Shown here in pieces: positions 1 through 9,682 of a stretch of DNA of 64,000 nucleotides (position 1 is its first letter; every line of letters begins with the position of its first letter). Origin of the DNA: Promethearchaeati archaeon SRVP18_Atabeyarchaeia-1 (lineage in GTDB: Archaea > Asgardarchaeota > Atabeyarchaeia > Atabeyarchaeales > Atabeyarchaeaceae); assembly GCA_037308085.1 (NCBI GenBank), contig CP147779.1, positions 2,080,001 to 2,144,000 on the forward strand, given 5' to 3'. The translations under genes were made by a program, and so were the position numbers. Below the pieces are notes generated by a model that searched no databases, had not been told where the DNA came from, and saw nothing but the letters and a program-made list of their open reading frames with translations.

Positions 1-264
1 TGAAAGACATCGACGAAGAGAAATAGAAGAACGCCTATTGCGAAGCTTATCAGGAACGTTCTCACGCCTTCACTGGTCTTCCTCAAAGCTCTCCATGGAG
101 CGATACCCAAGTACACAGGGATAAGCCCTGCGACGACTCCAAGGAAAGCGGCATAGAATGGATCCACGCTCATCTATTGTCACACCCACCCAGCATTTCA
201 GAGAATCGGTGGCCAATTGCACTGCAAACTTATTTAATCCCACGCAATATATATATCTGTTATA

Positions 265-1293
265 GTGGAGGGGAACCATCAGATCACCCCGCTGCAGGAG
301 TTGCCTTCGATGCCTGCCAAGTTGCCAACCTGGGAAGAACTGTTCAGTGATAAGCTCGCGGAATGGCTTCTTGAGGGGGAATGTTGGGTAGTCTACCGCG
401 TGCTGACGGATCTAATGGAAAAAGGTGCAGAGGACAACCGTGTCGCCACCGCGCAGATGGCGACCTACGGCCACCCTCTCATAAAGAAGATCTTCGAGGC
501 CCAGAATGAGGAAGGCTACTGGGGAAAGCCTAGGGACATCCACACGTGGTGGCCGAAGAAGAACACCACTTTCTGGATCCTCCCTGTACTCGCTGATTTC
601 GGCCTAACTGTAGCCGACAATAGGATAGCTCGAGCCTGCGAATACGTCTTTACTACCCAGCTCGAATCGGGGGGGTTCGGGTGGGATCCACCAACGAAGC
701 CCGCAGAATGCCACACAGCAATCCTAGCAGAGTCTTTGGCTAAGCTTGGGTTTCTTGGTGATCCGAGGCTGCAGAAAGCTTACAACTGGCTTGCCAGCCG
801 CCAGCGCCTAGACGGCGCATTCTGGTGCAAGGAGACGGGGCAAGCATCGGGACCGAGGGAGAAGGAGCCAGGGTGCGCCTTCGCCACAACCTTCGTGCTG
901 GGCGCATTAGTCCAGAACCCTGATATGAAGAACACCGGGACCGCTAATGAGGCAATCGACTTTGCCTTCCAGTGCTGGAATAACCGGAGAAAAGTCAAGT
1001 ATGCTGGGCATGACAGCAGCATCGGTACCGACTGGGATAGGTTGAAGTACCCTTTCACCGACTACAAGATCCTTAAGTTCCTCGATACCGTTTCCATGTT
1101 CGATCAAGCCCGGGAAAGACTTCTCGAATCAGGGATCGTCGAGCTGCTCCTCAAGAAGCGGAACAAGAATGGTATGTTTAAACCCGAGTCCATCATCAAG
1201 GTGTGGTCTGACTTCGACTTCGGGCAGAAAAAGGAGCCTTCCAGATGGATTACTTTTCTTGCTCTCCGAGTATTCAAGAGGATTCTCAAATAG
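265..1293 (+). CDS. Prenyltransferase/squalene-cyclase-repeat (alpha/alpha barrel) protein
   Basis: QW-like repeats (QNEEGYWG, QLESGGFG, QRLDGAFW, RNKNGMF) and C-terminal PSRWITFLALRV; start may be the ATG at 310. Confidence 0.7.
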   Translation: MEGNHQITPLQELPSMPAKLPTWEELFSDKLAEWLLEGECWVVYRVLTDLMEKGAEDNRVATAQMATYGHPLIKKIFEAQNEEGYWGKPRDIHTWWPKKNTTFWILPVLADFGLTVADNRIARACEYVFTTQLESGGFGWDPPTKPAECHTAILAESLAKLGFLGDPRLQKAYNWLASRQRLDGAFWCKETGQASGPREKEPGCAFATTFVLGALVQNPDMKNTGTANEAIDFAFQCWNNRRKVKYAGHDSSIGTDWDRLKYPFTDYKILKFLDTVSMFDQARERLLESGIVELLLKKRNKNGMFKPESIIKVWSDFDFGQKKEPSRWITFLALRVFKRILK

Positions 1294-1501
1294 AAAAAGA
1301 CGGAGAGTAGCTCATTGGCTTGAGACTACTCGATACGCTATTCCATCCTTGGCTAACGATGCGTCTCTATTCTCCTACTGGTATGGGATGATGTTTGGCC
1401 AGCCAAGTTCTTCTTCGAGCTCCGTGTGGCAATTCAGATCCGCTGCGTACTGGAATCCCAGGAGGCCACAACGCACACCAGCGAGCTACCGATTTCTTGA
1501 A

Positions 1502-2227
1502 TTACCGCCCACCCTTCTTCTGGCGTCGAAGGATCATCCGACGCGTTTTTTGGCTCCTAAATTCCTTAAGCGCATCTGAGGCAATCCATCTTTCACTCCT
1601 TGAGCCTCCGCTTAGGAGTCTATTCGCGGTTTCGGTCGCTGCGCTGTTGAGGTCTGGGCTTCGCTTTCCAATCTGCCTTAGTGCCCAACTGACGGCTTTC
1701 CTTGCATAGTTTCTCTCATCTTCCGCGCCGCTTTCAACGATATTCAGAAACCTGATGAATTCTGCATTGTCAGCCTTTTTATCATGGACAGCGAGATTGG
1801 CCATAAGAACGAACCCTGCCCTTTTGACGAACTCTCCTTTTCCCGTGCTCCATTCTTTGGCTTTCCTGTATGCGAACGGGGTCTTTGAGAAGAGGTTGTT
1901 GCAGGTCTGGTCGCATACGTCCCATGAATCGAAATCTCTTGCCCACATGTCCATTTGCCTGTCGGTGACAGCTTTAGGATCATCGATCATGCTTGCGAGC
2001 ATCTTGGCATCGTGGATGCCTGATGTCCAAAGTTGCAGGGCCAGTTCATGGTCTGTGCCTATCTCCTTGGCCATTTCCCTAAGCTTGTGAACTGAGACCC
2101 CGTAGTTGTCATTGGTGTTGATTCCGTACCTTGCCATTCCCTTTATTGCCTCGGGATTGCGCATCGATCTCAGCTTGCCGAGTATCTCCGTGATTGCTGT
2201 TTCCTTTTCGAACATAAAGAGCACCAT
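1502..2227 (-). CDS. AlkD-family DNA alkylation repair protein
   Basis: Motifs FDSWDVCD, EFVKRAG, DERNYARKAVSWALRQIGK. Confidence 0.85.
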   Translation of the reverse strand: MVLFMFEKETAITEILGKLRSMRNPEAIKGMARYGINTNDNYGVSVHKLREMAKEIGTDHELALQLWTSGIHDAKMLASMIDDPKAVTDRQMDMWARDFDSWDVCDQTCNNLFSKTPFAYRKAKEWSTGKGEFVKRAGFVLMANLAVHDKKADNAEFIRFLNIVESGAEDERNYARKAVSWALRQIGKRSPDLNSAATETANRLLSGGSRSERWIASDALKEFRSQKTRRMILRRQKKGGR

Positions 2228-2552
2228 TCAACTGCTCGAACCAAAACAAAGAATGAGGGTTAGCGATCATAAGAATCTGCTGAATTGTCCAAGTAACCAA
2301 CGTGACCCGTCGATGGGGGGCACGTACCTCCGCGATTGTCTCCAATCTACTGAATGGAATCTAATAGTCCGGAACCGTTTTGACTAAAGATGAATTCTCT
2401 CGGGTTTCTTGGCACCCGTTCTATTCGTGTCAACCCGCTTGTGACTATGGCTAACGGTGTCCCGAGGAAAATCTCAAATACACCCTGTTCTAACCTTATA
2501 ACGGCTACACACTGATGAATACACCGGAAGAAGCAGAATAGAGGGGTATGTG

Positions 2553-2906
2553 ATGTCTCAAAAGAAAGAAAAAGTGGCAGATGAAGTTATGTAGACTGTC
2601 CAGCAAAGACTCAACGAAAACAAGGACGCAACCAAAGGCTGGGGCAAGATGGTTCAACAGATTTTCAGTGATATCGGCATCGGATATCGCATGAAATTCG
2701 CCAAGGATGGAACGGTGGCGGTGGAAAAAGTGAAGGCGTCGGAAATAAAACCAAAAGACGCGGCAGCGACGGTCACCGTCGATGTGGACACAATGAAGGA
2801 TTTAATCGATGGGAAGCTGCCTCCAATGGAAGCGATGGGAACGGGGAAAATCAAGGTCGACGGCGATCTGAATGCGCTTCTGAAGCTGTTGCCAGCGTTT
2901 GGATGA
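2553..2906 (+). pseudogene. SCP2 sterol/lipid-binding domain protein interrupted by an in-frame TAG (pseudogene, sequence error or readthrough)
   Basis: SD-like GAGGGG then ATG 2553; MSQKKEKVADEVM*TVQQRLNE continues in frame into ORF 2649..2906 with the SCP2 motif DLIDGKLPPMEAMGTGKIKVDGDL; TAG at 2592-2594. Confidence 0.75.
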
Positions 2907-3249
2907 AGAGTATCCTGAATAATGTGGTCGACACTCAAATGACTTCAAGCTCGAGATCCACCGAAATCCTTCCTTTCTTCAATTCGATTCCTCTCCTTTT
3001 TCATTGACGAGCCCAGAAATAAGCGGGTGACTGGCGACGATTCCCGTAGCCATCGATGCCGAGTCAGCAACTGACACTTGTGTCAATGAGCCAGTTACCG
3101 ATTCTGAACTCTGATATGACAGCTCCTGCGACCGGGCTTTGTGTAGATCTTCCCAGCATCTCTTTGTGGTCCATTGCGATCACACCTATCAGCATTTAAC
3201 CTTATTTCTAACATTAGACATATAGTAGAGGGCGACAGGCGACACGCTT

Positions 3250-4065
3250 GTGCCCCCTAACAAAACCCTAACCTATAATCCAATTCCAGAATGGGTGTCA
3301 GAAATGCCAAGCACGAAGCCCACAATGCCAGTGACAGGAAAGATCCCGGAACACATACCCCCAAGCGACGTAGTTGTTCTAGCGCAACTCGTCGCTGGGA
3401 AAGACGGAGTTACGGGAAAAGACATCGACAAAATCCTCGACAATCGAGGTACAAGAAACTGGGCAGACATCGGTACATCATCAGTATACAACTGCCTAAA
3501 CAGACTTGAGATGTACGCTTACGTTAGAGGCGAGCAGCAGAAAAGAGGGGGACATGAGGTCAAGCTCTATTACGTGAATTCGACTGGCGTGGAAGCCCTC
3601 ATGAGGGAACTGAATTATCGGCTTAGCACGCCCAAGGTGATTCATGACGACATAGACGTATCCGTAGCGCATTTGCCTCTGCTAAAGAAGCAAGACGTGC
3701 TGAAAGCCTTGAAGTCTTACATGGACTCGGTAGACGAGATATTGCAGCATTCGGAATCCCTCATCTTTCCCTTGAAGCAGTTCAGCTTTCTGCTGCAGAA
3801 TGATCCTGGTCGACAAATCGCCGACAGGAGGATCGCGGATATCGATCCGCGCGATGTGGAGCTGATCCTCGCTCTACTTGAACGCCCTTACCGAGAGTTG
3901 CGGGCTAGGAAGCAGTGGCTGAGAGAGTTCATAGAGAAGGTTAGCGATGGTTATGTGTGGTGCGCAGACCAGCAGCCAAGGGCGCAAGCAATTCCACAAG
4001 ACAAAACACAGAAGGACCTTGAAGAGAAGAGGAAAGAGAGGGGTAAGAAAGGCATACTGATATAG
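3250..4065 (+). CDS. PadR-family winged-helix transcriptional regulator
   Basis: RNWADIGTSSVYNCLNRLE...KLYYVNSTGVEAL wHTH followed by a helical C-terminal domain. Confidence 0.75.
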   Translation: MPPNKTLTYNPIPEWVSEMPSTKPTMPVTGKIPEHIPPSDVVVLAQLVAGKDGVTGKDIDKILDNRGTRNWADIGTSSVYNCLNRLEMYAYVRGEQQKRGGHEVKLYYVNSTGVEALMRELNYRLSTPKVIHDDIDVSVAHLPLLKKQDVLKALKSYMDSVDEILQHSESLIFPLKQFSFLLQNDPGRQIADRRIADIDPRDVELILALLERPYRELRARKQWLREFIEKVSDGYVWCADQQPRAQAIPQDKTQKDLEEKRKERGKKGILI

Positions 4066-4088
4066 AACCGCCTCCCTTGGAGGCAGTT
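4066..4088 (+). terminator. Stem-loop immediately after the PadR-like stop codon
   Basis: aacc-GCCTCC-ctt-GGAGGC-agtt. Confidence 0.4.
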
Positions 4089-4620
4089 TGCTTATGCCAC
4101 CAGAAACGACAACCCAGAAATCCGCGAAGACCGACAGGAATAGGCTTCCTCTAGTTGACTATGGCAAGATGGGAGCAGCCGGAGAAGTCATCAGCGTTGA
4201 GAGCTTCAGGCATTTTCTTGGCACCAACTGTCAATTCTCCAGTCTGCGAAAAGCCCTAGCCTACCAAGGATGGAATTGCTCTGAGGAAGTAAGCTACCAC
4301 CTATCGGAATAGGGGGTTTCCATGGGAGTCGGCTCAGGGCCCACGGCACCGAAACCGGGTCCCTCATCGGAACGCAACAGTCGATTTATAGGGACTGGCC
4401 TGCTGGTAAGCTGGAAGAAGGCACGCTGGCTGAGAGTGTACCCGATCTCCTTCCGCATCAGCAGGGATTTCACGGCGATAGTCAGGCTCGCCTTTCTATC
4501 GCTGTCAGAAGAAGCTCAGCATGTGGCAAGTTGTCATTCTGACTTGGTCCACCGAACGGAGAAAGTAGAATAGTGGGGACCTGCAAGAAGCACGTTCCCA
4601 CATATTTGATGCGATTTCCA

Positions 4621-5286
4621 CTAGGCGAGTTTTGCACCGCACTCGCCGCAGAATCTTGTCCCAGGCTGGTTGTCTGCCCCGCACTTTGGGCACTTCACCA
4701 AGTCTAGGGGTGCGCCGCAGTTGTTGCAGAACTTTCCTGTTCCTGCTGGTTTACCACAACTTGGGCAGATAGTCTGCCTACCTTTGATCTCTCCTTTGAA
4801 CACCTGTGTGGTCTTTGCCTTCTCCTCTATGTCTTCTACCCTCTTCTTTGCTCTGGCAGCCGTCACCTCAACAGCCTCGCGAGGGGCATCGTCAACGCAG
4901 AGGTTCTCCTCTTCATTCCAGTCGTTGTCGCACACGTACTTCTTGCACTTTGGACAGCGGTGGAAGTGCCCTTTCGCTTCGTTCTGGGCAGCTTCAAACG
5001 CGGCTTCGTGCTCCTTTTGCCACTGAGGGGACATCCCTGTGAATCTCTCCCCGATTATGTCTGTCCCGCTGCTGGCTGCATATCCAGCGGAGCTTTTCCC
5101 AGCTAGCGATGCGCCTATGGATGCGGCTCTTCCTAAGCCCTTTATGAGCCCTCCCTTCTTGTATGTCTTTGACTGCTGGAACGACGTCTTGAATCCGTCT
5201 CCACAAAGGTCGCAGAAGAAGGTAAACTGGAATCCAGCTTCAGTGCTGTTATCGGCAAAGTTCTTCGTGAATGGCTTTAGTGACAT
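4621..5286 (-). CDS. Multi zinc-ribbon (double zinc ribbon) protein
   Basis: CDLC, CPKC, CPSC/CNNC, CPKC/CGEC pairs; GGAGGTGA SD before ATG 5286. Confidence 0.8.
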   Translation of the reverse strand: MSLKPFTKNFADNSTEAGFQFTFFCDLCGDGFKTSFQQSKTYKKGGLIKGLGRAASIGASLAGKSSAGYAASSGTDIIGERFTGMSPQWQKEHEAAFEAAQNEAKGHFHRCPKCKKYVCDNDWNEEENLCVDDAPREAVEVTAARAKKRVEDIEEKAKTTQVFKGEIKGRQTICPSCGKPAGTGKFCNNCGAPLDLVKCPKCGADNQPGTRFCGECGAKLA

Positions 5287-5364
5287 TCCTGTCTTTTCAC
5301 CTCCCACTACTTCCATTGCTTGATAGGTACATGAATTCTTTCAGCAGATTGTTGGCTTGATCTT

Positions 5365-5628
5365 CTACTTCCGGAGAACACCGGCAAGAGGAGCACCGCA
5401 GTGTTCACAGTAGTCGCCGAAGAAAGTTGCCTTGTGGCACTTCGGGCATTTGACCTCCAGCGATAGTCCGCATTTGCCGCAATTCTTCCAGCCTTTCTCA
5501 ATTGGGCTTCTGCACTTGGGGCATCTTGGTGGTCCGATAGGATTGACCTTTCCGCAAGCTGGGCAGGTGTTTGACTCCGGCGGGATCATTGCGTTGCAGT
5601 ACCTGCATGGCTTCTTGTACCCGTACAT
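5365..5628 (-). CDS. Small double zinc-ribbon protein
   Basis: Six CxxC motifs in 87 aa; co-oriented with the downstream zinc-ribbon gene. Confidence 0.8.
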   Translation of the reverse strand: MYGYKKPCRYCNAMIPPESNTCPACGKVNPIGPPRCPKCRSPIEKGWKNCGKCGLSLEVKCPKCHKATFFGDYCEHCGAPLAGVLRK

Positions 5629-5990
5629 GGGCGCAACTCCTCTCTATGCCTTTACAAGCGTATCCATTACGCGATTCTGGTATAAATACGCCGCTATGCA
5701 TCTTTTCAGACTAATCTTCTATTGGCACGCAACCTTCCCCGCCATTGCGTCTTGGGGTGCCTTACTCTGTCCCCCACGAAGACTTCCAATTGAACCACAC
5801 AAATAGGTTTATTATCTAAGTCTTCTCTAAATAATGACCGAGGTAGATGCGTCCGAGGAGCTACTCTGGCCGTGGAACCCGATGCTTCCGGGCTTCTAGG
5901 GTGGTATGATCACAGGCGCGGTGTTGCGGCTGTAGGGAGGTACTTCTAATAGGTGACCAAAGGCAGGGTCATGGGTGGTGCTTTTCCTTC

Positions 5991-6386
5991 ATGGTTCGAT
6001 TCACTAAGGTCAAAGAAGCGCATGAGACGACCATGGCGGAAGACGATATCGAGAGCATCATAGACGAGCTCCGAAGCGTCTTGAAGAGCGCGGCAGACTC
6101 TGACGAAGCGGATCGAAAGGTTATCTTGGATCTCACGAAGACCATCGAGGATCTCACTGAACGTAAGGTTGACAAGATGCGGGACTGGGATCCCGCCTAT
6201 GGCCAAGCCAGCGCAAACTCATTGACAGACAAGAGACAGGCGCTCCTCAAGCACCTTCAAGAAGTAGAAGAGAAGCTGCCAAAGGCTCCTGCCGCGAAGA
6301 AGAGGAGGAGAAGAAGGCAAAGAGAAAGAGGGGGAACGTCCCTGCGCGGGATAATTCGGTCACTAATAGAAAGACTGTCAGGGTAG
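5991..6386 (+). CDS. Hypothetical helical protein with an Arg-rich C-terminal segment
   Basis: Coiled-coil-like charged sequence and KKRRRRRQRER; probable start at MAEDD (6033). Confidence 0.55.
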   Translation: MVRFTKVKEAHETTMAEDDIESIIDELRSVLKSAADSDEADRKVILDLTKTIEDLTERKVDKMRDWDPAYGQASANSLTDKRQALLKHLQEVEEKLPKAPAAKKRRRRRQRERGGTSLRGIIRSLIERLSG

Positions 6387-6498
6387 TCTAGGGGCCTGCT
6401 TTTCGCGCTGCGAGTCTGGGTCCGCTGCGCACCCTGCCCTTTGCAGTTCCGAAAACTTGCTGAGAGCCTTACGTGTCAAATCTCTTGAGGGGTTAGCT

Positions 6499-6822
6499 AT
6501 GAATCGATGTCCGAGATGCGGAGAGAATACTGATCCCAATATAATGAATTTCTGCCCAAGATGCGGTGAGCCACTGCAGAAGATGACGCAAGAGGAGTAC
6601 TCTGTCTCCTCAGACGACCTTGTGGCGAAGGTCAGGCAACTGCTTCACGAGGGCAATGTAAGAAGGATTGTGGTTAGGGATGAGAAAGGAAAAACCCTGC
6701 TAGAGATACCACTGACTCTGGGAGTCGTAGGCTTCATACTGGCGCCATGGATGGCAGCACTTGGGGTCGTCGCCGCGATGGTGTCCAAGGCGAAGATCGT
6801 AGTAGAACGAAAGGAAGAATAG
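6499..6822 (+). CDS. Zinc-ribbon plus DUF4342-like protein
   Basis: CPRC..FCPRC then LVAKVRQLLHEGNVRRIVV...LLEIPLTLG; GAGGGG SD before ATG 6499. Confidence 0.75.
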   Translation: MNRCPRCGENTDPNIMNFCPRCGEPLQKMTQEEYSVSSDDLVAKVRQLLHEGNVRRIVVRDEKGKTLLEIPLTLGVVGFILAPWMAALGVVAAMVSKAKIVVERKEE

Positions 6823-6857
6823 CCGGCAACTCCCTTTGGGCCATGAATCTTTCTTCT

Positions 6858-7793
6858 CTATTTCTCATGCACATCTGCGAGCGCAGTTATCACTTCGTCC
6901 AAGCTTCTGTAAGTCCCTTCAGGTAGCTCTCTGAGGATTTCTGAGGCGTGAATTCTCTCTGACGCCGCGGAGTCGAAGACCTTCCACCCCTGATCCTTGA
7001 TCAACTCCCCCTTTGTCAGTGGAAAGCGGGAATCCTCCCTCAAGACTTCTCTGAGTGATGATAGCCCCACCGCCTTCGAAACGGGCGGAAACCCGAGGGT
7101 CTGATTGTAGACCTTGAATCTTGCGGCGTCGATGTACATCTTCAAGCCATGGAAGGATAACACCACCTTCTTCGCCTTGCTCTTCTTGACCTTCTCATCT
7201 ATTAGCTTCAGTTCCTTATCGTCAAATTGGTAGACGTTATGTCTTCCTTTGCCAAAGAGCCGCGTGTAAACCACGTCGGTGCTGTAGGCAGGGTCATCCC
7301 TCGACAGGTCGACGCAGTGTATCATCTTCAAATCCTGCATAGTCCTCAACAAGTGTTCTGGTAGCGCTCCCTGTCGGGTCTTTGCCCTCACCTCAAACGC
7401 GACTCTTATTCCAGCCATGTCCGAGGATTCAAACAGATCCCTGATTGCTGTCGCCTTGGGCTTCGTTACTTCGAAGCTTGGCGACGTCTGCATCTGCAGA
7501 ATTGTTGCATGAAGCGTCCTGCAGATCTCTATGTCCTTCCTCAATACTCTGTGGGAATCATCGGTCGGCTCAAACTCGTACTTGTGCGTGAGGTCTCTGT
7601 GGCACCTGACCGAGAACTCAAAGTCTTTCGGAACCCTCTCCCTCCACGCCGCAACCGTGTTCATTCCAGGCGTCTCATAGAACGTGGAGTTGACTTCCAC
7701 GAAATTGAAGGCTCTTGAGTACGCCCTCAGGGAGTCCACACCTGGAACCTGGAAGTAAGCCCAGCCACCAGCGCCAATCCTATATTCCGCCAA
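6858..7793 (-). CDS. DUF72-domain protein with a C-terminal DUF2795-like domain
   Basis: IGAGGWAY, FVEVNSTFY, YTRLFG; C-terminal FPLTKGELI...LPEGTYRSLDEV. Confidence 0.8.
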   Translation of the reverse strand: MAEYRIGAGGWAYFQVPGVDSLRAYSRAFNFVEVNSTFYETPGMNTVAAWRERVPKDFEFSVRCHRDLTHKYEFEPTDDSHRVLRKDIEICRTLHATILQMQTSPSFEVTKPKATAIRDLFESSDMAGIRVAFEVRAKTRQGALPEHLLRTMQDLKMIHCVDLSRDDPAYSTDVVYTRLFGKGRHNVYQFDDKELKLIDEKVKKSKAKKVVLSFHGLKMYIDAARFKVYNQTLGFPPVSKAVGLSSLREVLREDSRFPLTKGELIKDQGWKVFDSAASERIHASEILRELPEGTYRSLDEVITALADVHEK

Positions 7794-7958
7794 GCCCCAT
7801 CAGACCAACACAATTCTTCATAGCCGAGCCAAGTGCTCTGCTACTCCTAGACACGCACCTCCAGTATTTAATCTACCATTTTGCTCCGCGCCATGGATTC
7901 TGGGTCAACTTCATTGAAGAGCGGGGTGGAAGTCTGCGCCTCCTTCTCAGTCCGAATC

Positions 7959-8597
7959 TCAGCCGGAAAGAAAGCAGTAGGCACCCACGGCGCCCACAAG
8001 GATGTTCAGCGGTTGAGCCGCCAGGTACGAGAAGAACGGGTCTACGGTTGCCATGCATGAGAAGACGTATAGGATTCCCGCGACGAGCCACAGGTCACTG
8101 TGCTTAGAATACTTCCGGAAGACGAGGAAAAACGCTCCCAGTAGCCCAGCGGTCAGACCAAGAAGAATGCTATATGAGAAGAAGATTTGCCATCCGAGTG
8201 TAGTCAGGGTGTACGATCCGGGATACATGGTCGAGACTATTGCTCCGGAGTAGACCAGAAAGTGGTAAAGGATGCCGGCAACTGCAGCATTAAGGCCAAA
8301 TATGGCTGCTGCTAAGCCCACGGCGTTTCTCTTGGTTCTCGACGCAACTCTCGCCATGGAAATGAACAGCAACAGGACAAAGAGTACGAAGAGAGGATAG
8401 TCAATAATCGCAATTAATGGGCTGATGAGGACTTCATATGGGAATCCTACCATGGAAATCGTGGCAGAGGCAAGATAGAGAACCGCGAAGTAGATCGCAA
8501 GGAGTGACTGCGCAGCTCCTCCGACGGCGAGCTCGTGCTGAGTCAGCAAGGTCGGCTCTCTTCTCGTAGGTTCGCTGGGTTCCGATTCGGTCATCAT
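7959..8597 (-). CDS. Multi-pass membrane protein, paralog of the upstream gene
   Basis: About 6 hydrophobic helices; shares GG.AQ, S.LWL.AG..YV and G.VGA.CFLSG with 8609..9421; GAGGAG SD before ATG 8597. Confidence 0.7.
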   Translation of the reverse strand: MMTESEPSEPTRREPTLLTQHELAVGGAAQSLLAIYFAVLYLASATISMVGFPYEVLISPLIAIIDYPLFVLFVLLLFISMARVASRTKRNAVGLAAAIFGLNAAVAGILYHFLVYSGAIVSTMYPGSYTLTTLGWQIFFSYSILLGLTAGLLGAFFLVFRKYSKHSDLWLVAGILYVFSCMATVDPFFSYLAAQPLNILVGAVGAYCFLSG

Positions 8598-8608
8598 CTC
8601 TTGCTCCT

Positions 8609-9421
8609 CTACGTTTTTTGGGTTGCTCCGCCGCTCAGGAAGCATGTAGCACCCACGATTCCGGCGACAACAGTGGTGCTGGGGAACTCAAAGATAATCG
8701 GATACGCAAGTCCTGATATCCCTGCCATTACATATATTAGACCCGCTATCAGCCAAAGCTCACTATCCGAGTAGAGCCTCCTGTGCACCATCAGGAAGAT
8801 GCCGGTTGACACCAGGGTCAGGTCAACGGATATGGCGCCTATTGTCTGGAGGGACAGCAAGAACTGACCCATGGCACTGAGGTAATAGACTGGGAAGGCA
8901 ACTGCTTGGCCAAGTAGCAGACAGCCATAGAAGAACGCCATGGTTATGAAGGCTATGAGCCCAAGCGCAAAAACCGCTGTTCCTAGGCGACGTGGGGGAA
9001 AACGTCCATCGATTCGCCCGCTTGAGACTCTGAAGGCTATTACAAAGATGAGGAAAATGAAAGCCACGAATATGCCCACTAGCGACATCGACAAGTAACC
9101 TCCGGTGATGTAAATTGGGGCTATATATCCGTAGTAAAAGTATGCCAGGTTCATCAAGATTGCTGCAACGACAAGAAAAGCTTGGGCGACGCCGCCAGGA
9201 ATGAGATCTGGGGCAGTTCCTCCCGAGACAAGCGGAATGGTTCTTCCGCCGCGAATCTGGCTCCGGATCTCGTCGATACTGAGAGATTCTGCGATTATCC
9301 TGATCAGCTCTTCTTTGGAAGCCGAAGACTGGACTTGAGATCTTGACGCCTCCCTGGCCATCTCCGCCAGCTGGCCATGGCTGAGCCCACGAAGTGCTCT
9401 CTCCTTTTTACCCTCTGGCAT
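8609..9421 (-). CDS. Multi-pass membrane protein with an N-terminal helix-extension-helix-like (Rho-N/SAP/LEM-type) motif
   Basis: LRGLSHGQLAEMARE...ASKEELIRII followed by about 6 TM helices. Confidence 0.65.
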   Translation of the reverse strand: MPEGKKERALRGLSHGQLAEMAREASRSQVQSSASKEELIRIIAESLSIDEIRSQIRGGRTIPLVSGGTAPDLIPGGVAQAFLVVAAILMNLAYFYYGYIAPIYITGGYLSMSLVGIFVAFIFLIFVIAFRVSSGRIDGRFPPRRLGTAVFALGLIAFITMAFFYGCLLLGQAVAFPVYYLSAMGQFLLSLQTIGAISVDLTLVSTGIFLMVHRRLYSDSELWLIAGLIYVMAGISGLAYPIIFEFPSTTVVAGIVGATCFLSGGATQKT

Positions 9422-9682
9422 CTCAGCCCCCTCTTCAGTCGCTATAAGCTCTGAGCCAACTTGTATTTAATAATTCCGAAGCGATTACCCTGAGAATCCG
9501 CGAAGGTGCTATCCTCCCCATTATCGACAGGACCTGCGCCTTACCATAAGCTGCTTTTCTCCGTCTCTCCAGTGCGCCAGGTCCGCGGCTCATCCTGGAT
9601 CATCTTCTCATTCTTCAAAGGGTTGGCCATTCTCATTGCAGGATCGCTATTTTAATAGTCTTCAGCGGTCTCTCTATGAGTA

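Noticed and set aside
1-26. 3' end of a gene entering from the left
   Set aside because: Too short to assign
4330-4370. Eukaryote-type SECIS (ATGA...TGA core on the minus strand)
   Set aside because: No apical AA motif, a short stem, and the upstream minus-strand genes have no in-frame TGA
4280-4520. RNase P or SRP RNA (GAGGAAG, CGGCACCGAAAC, CAGAAG fragments)
   Set aside because: The P4 pairing and SRP helix-8 consensus cannot be built
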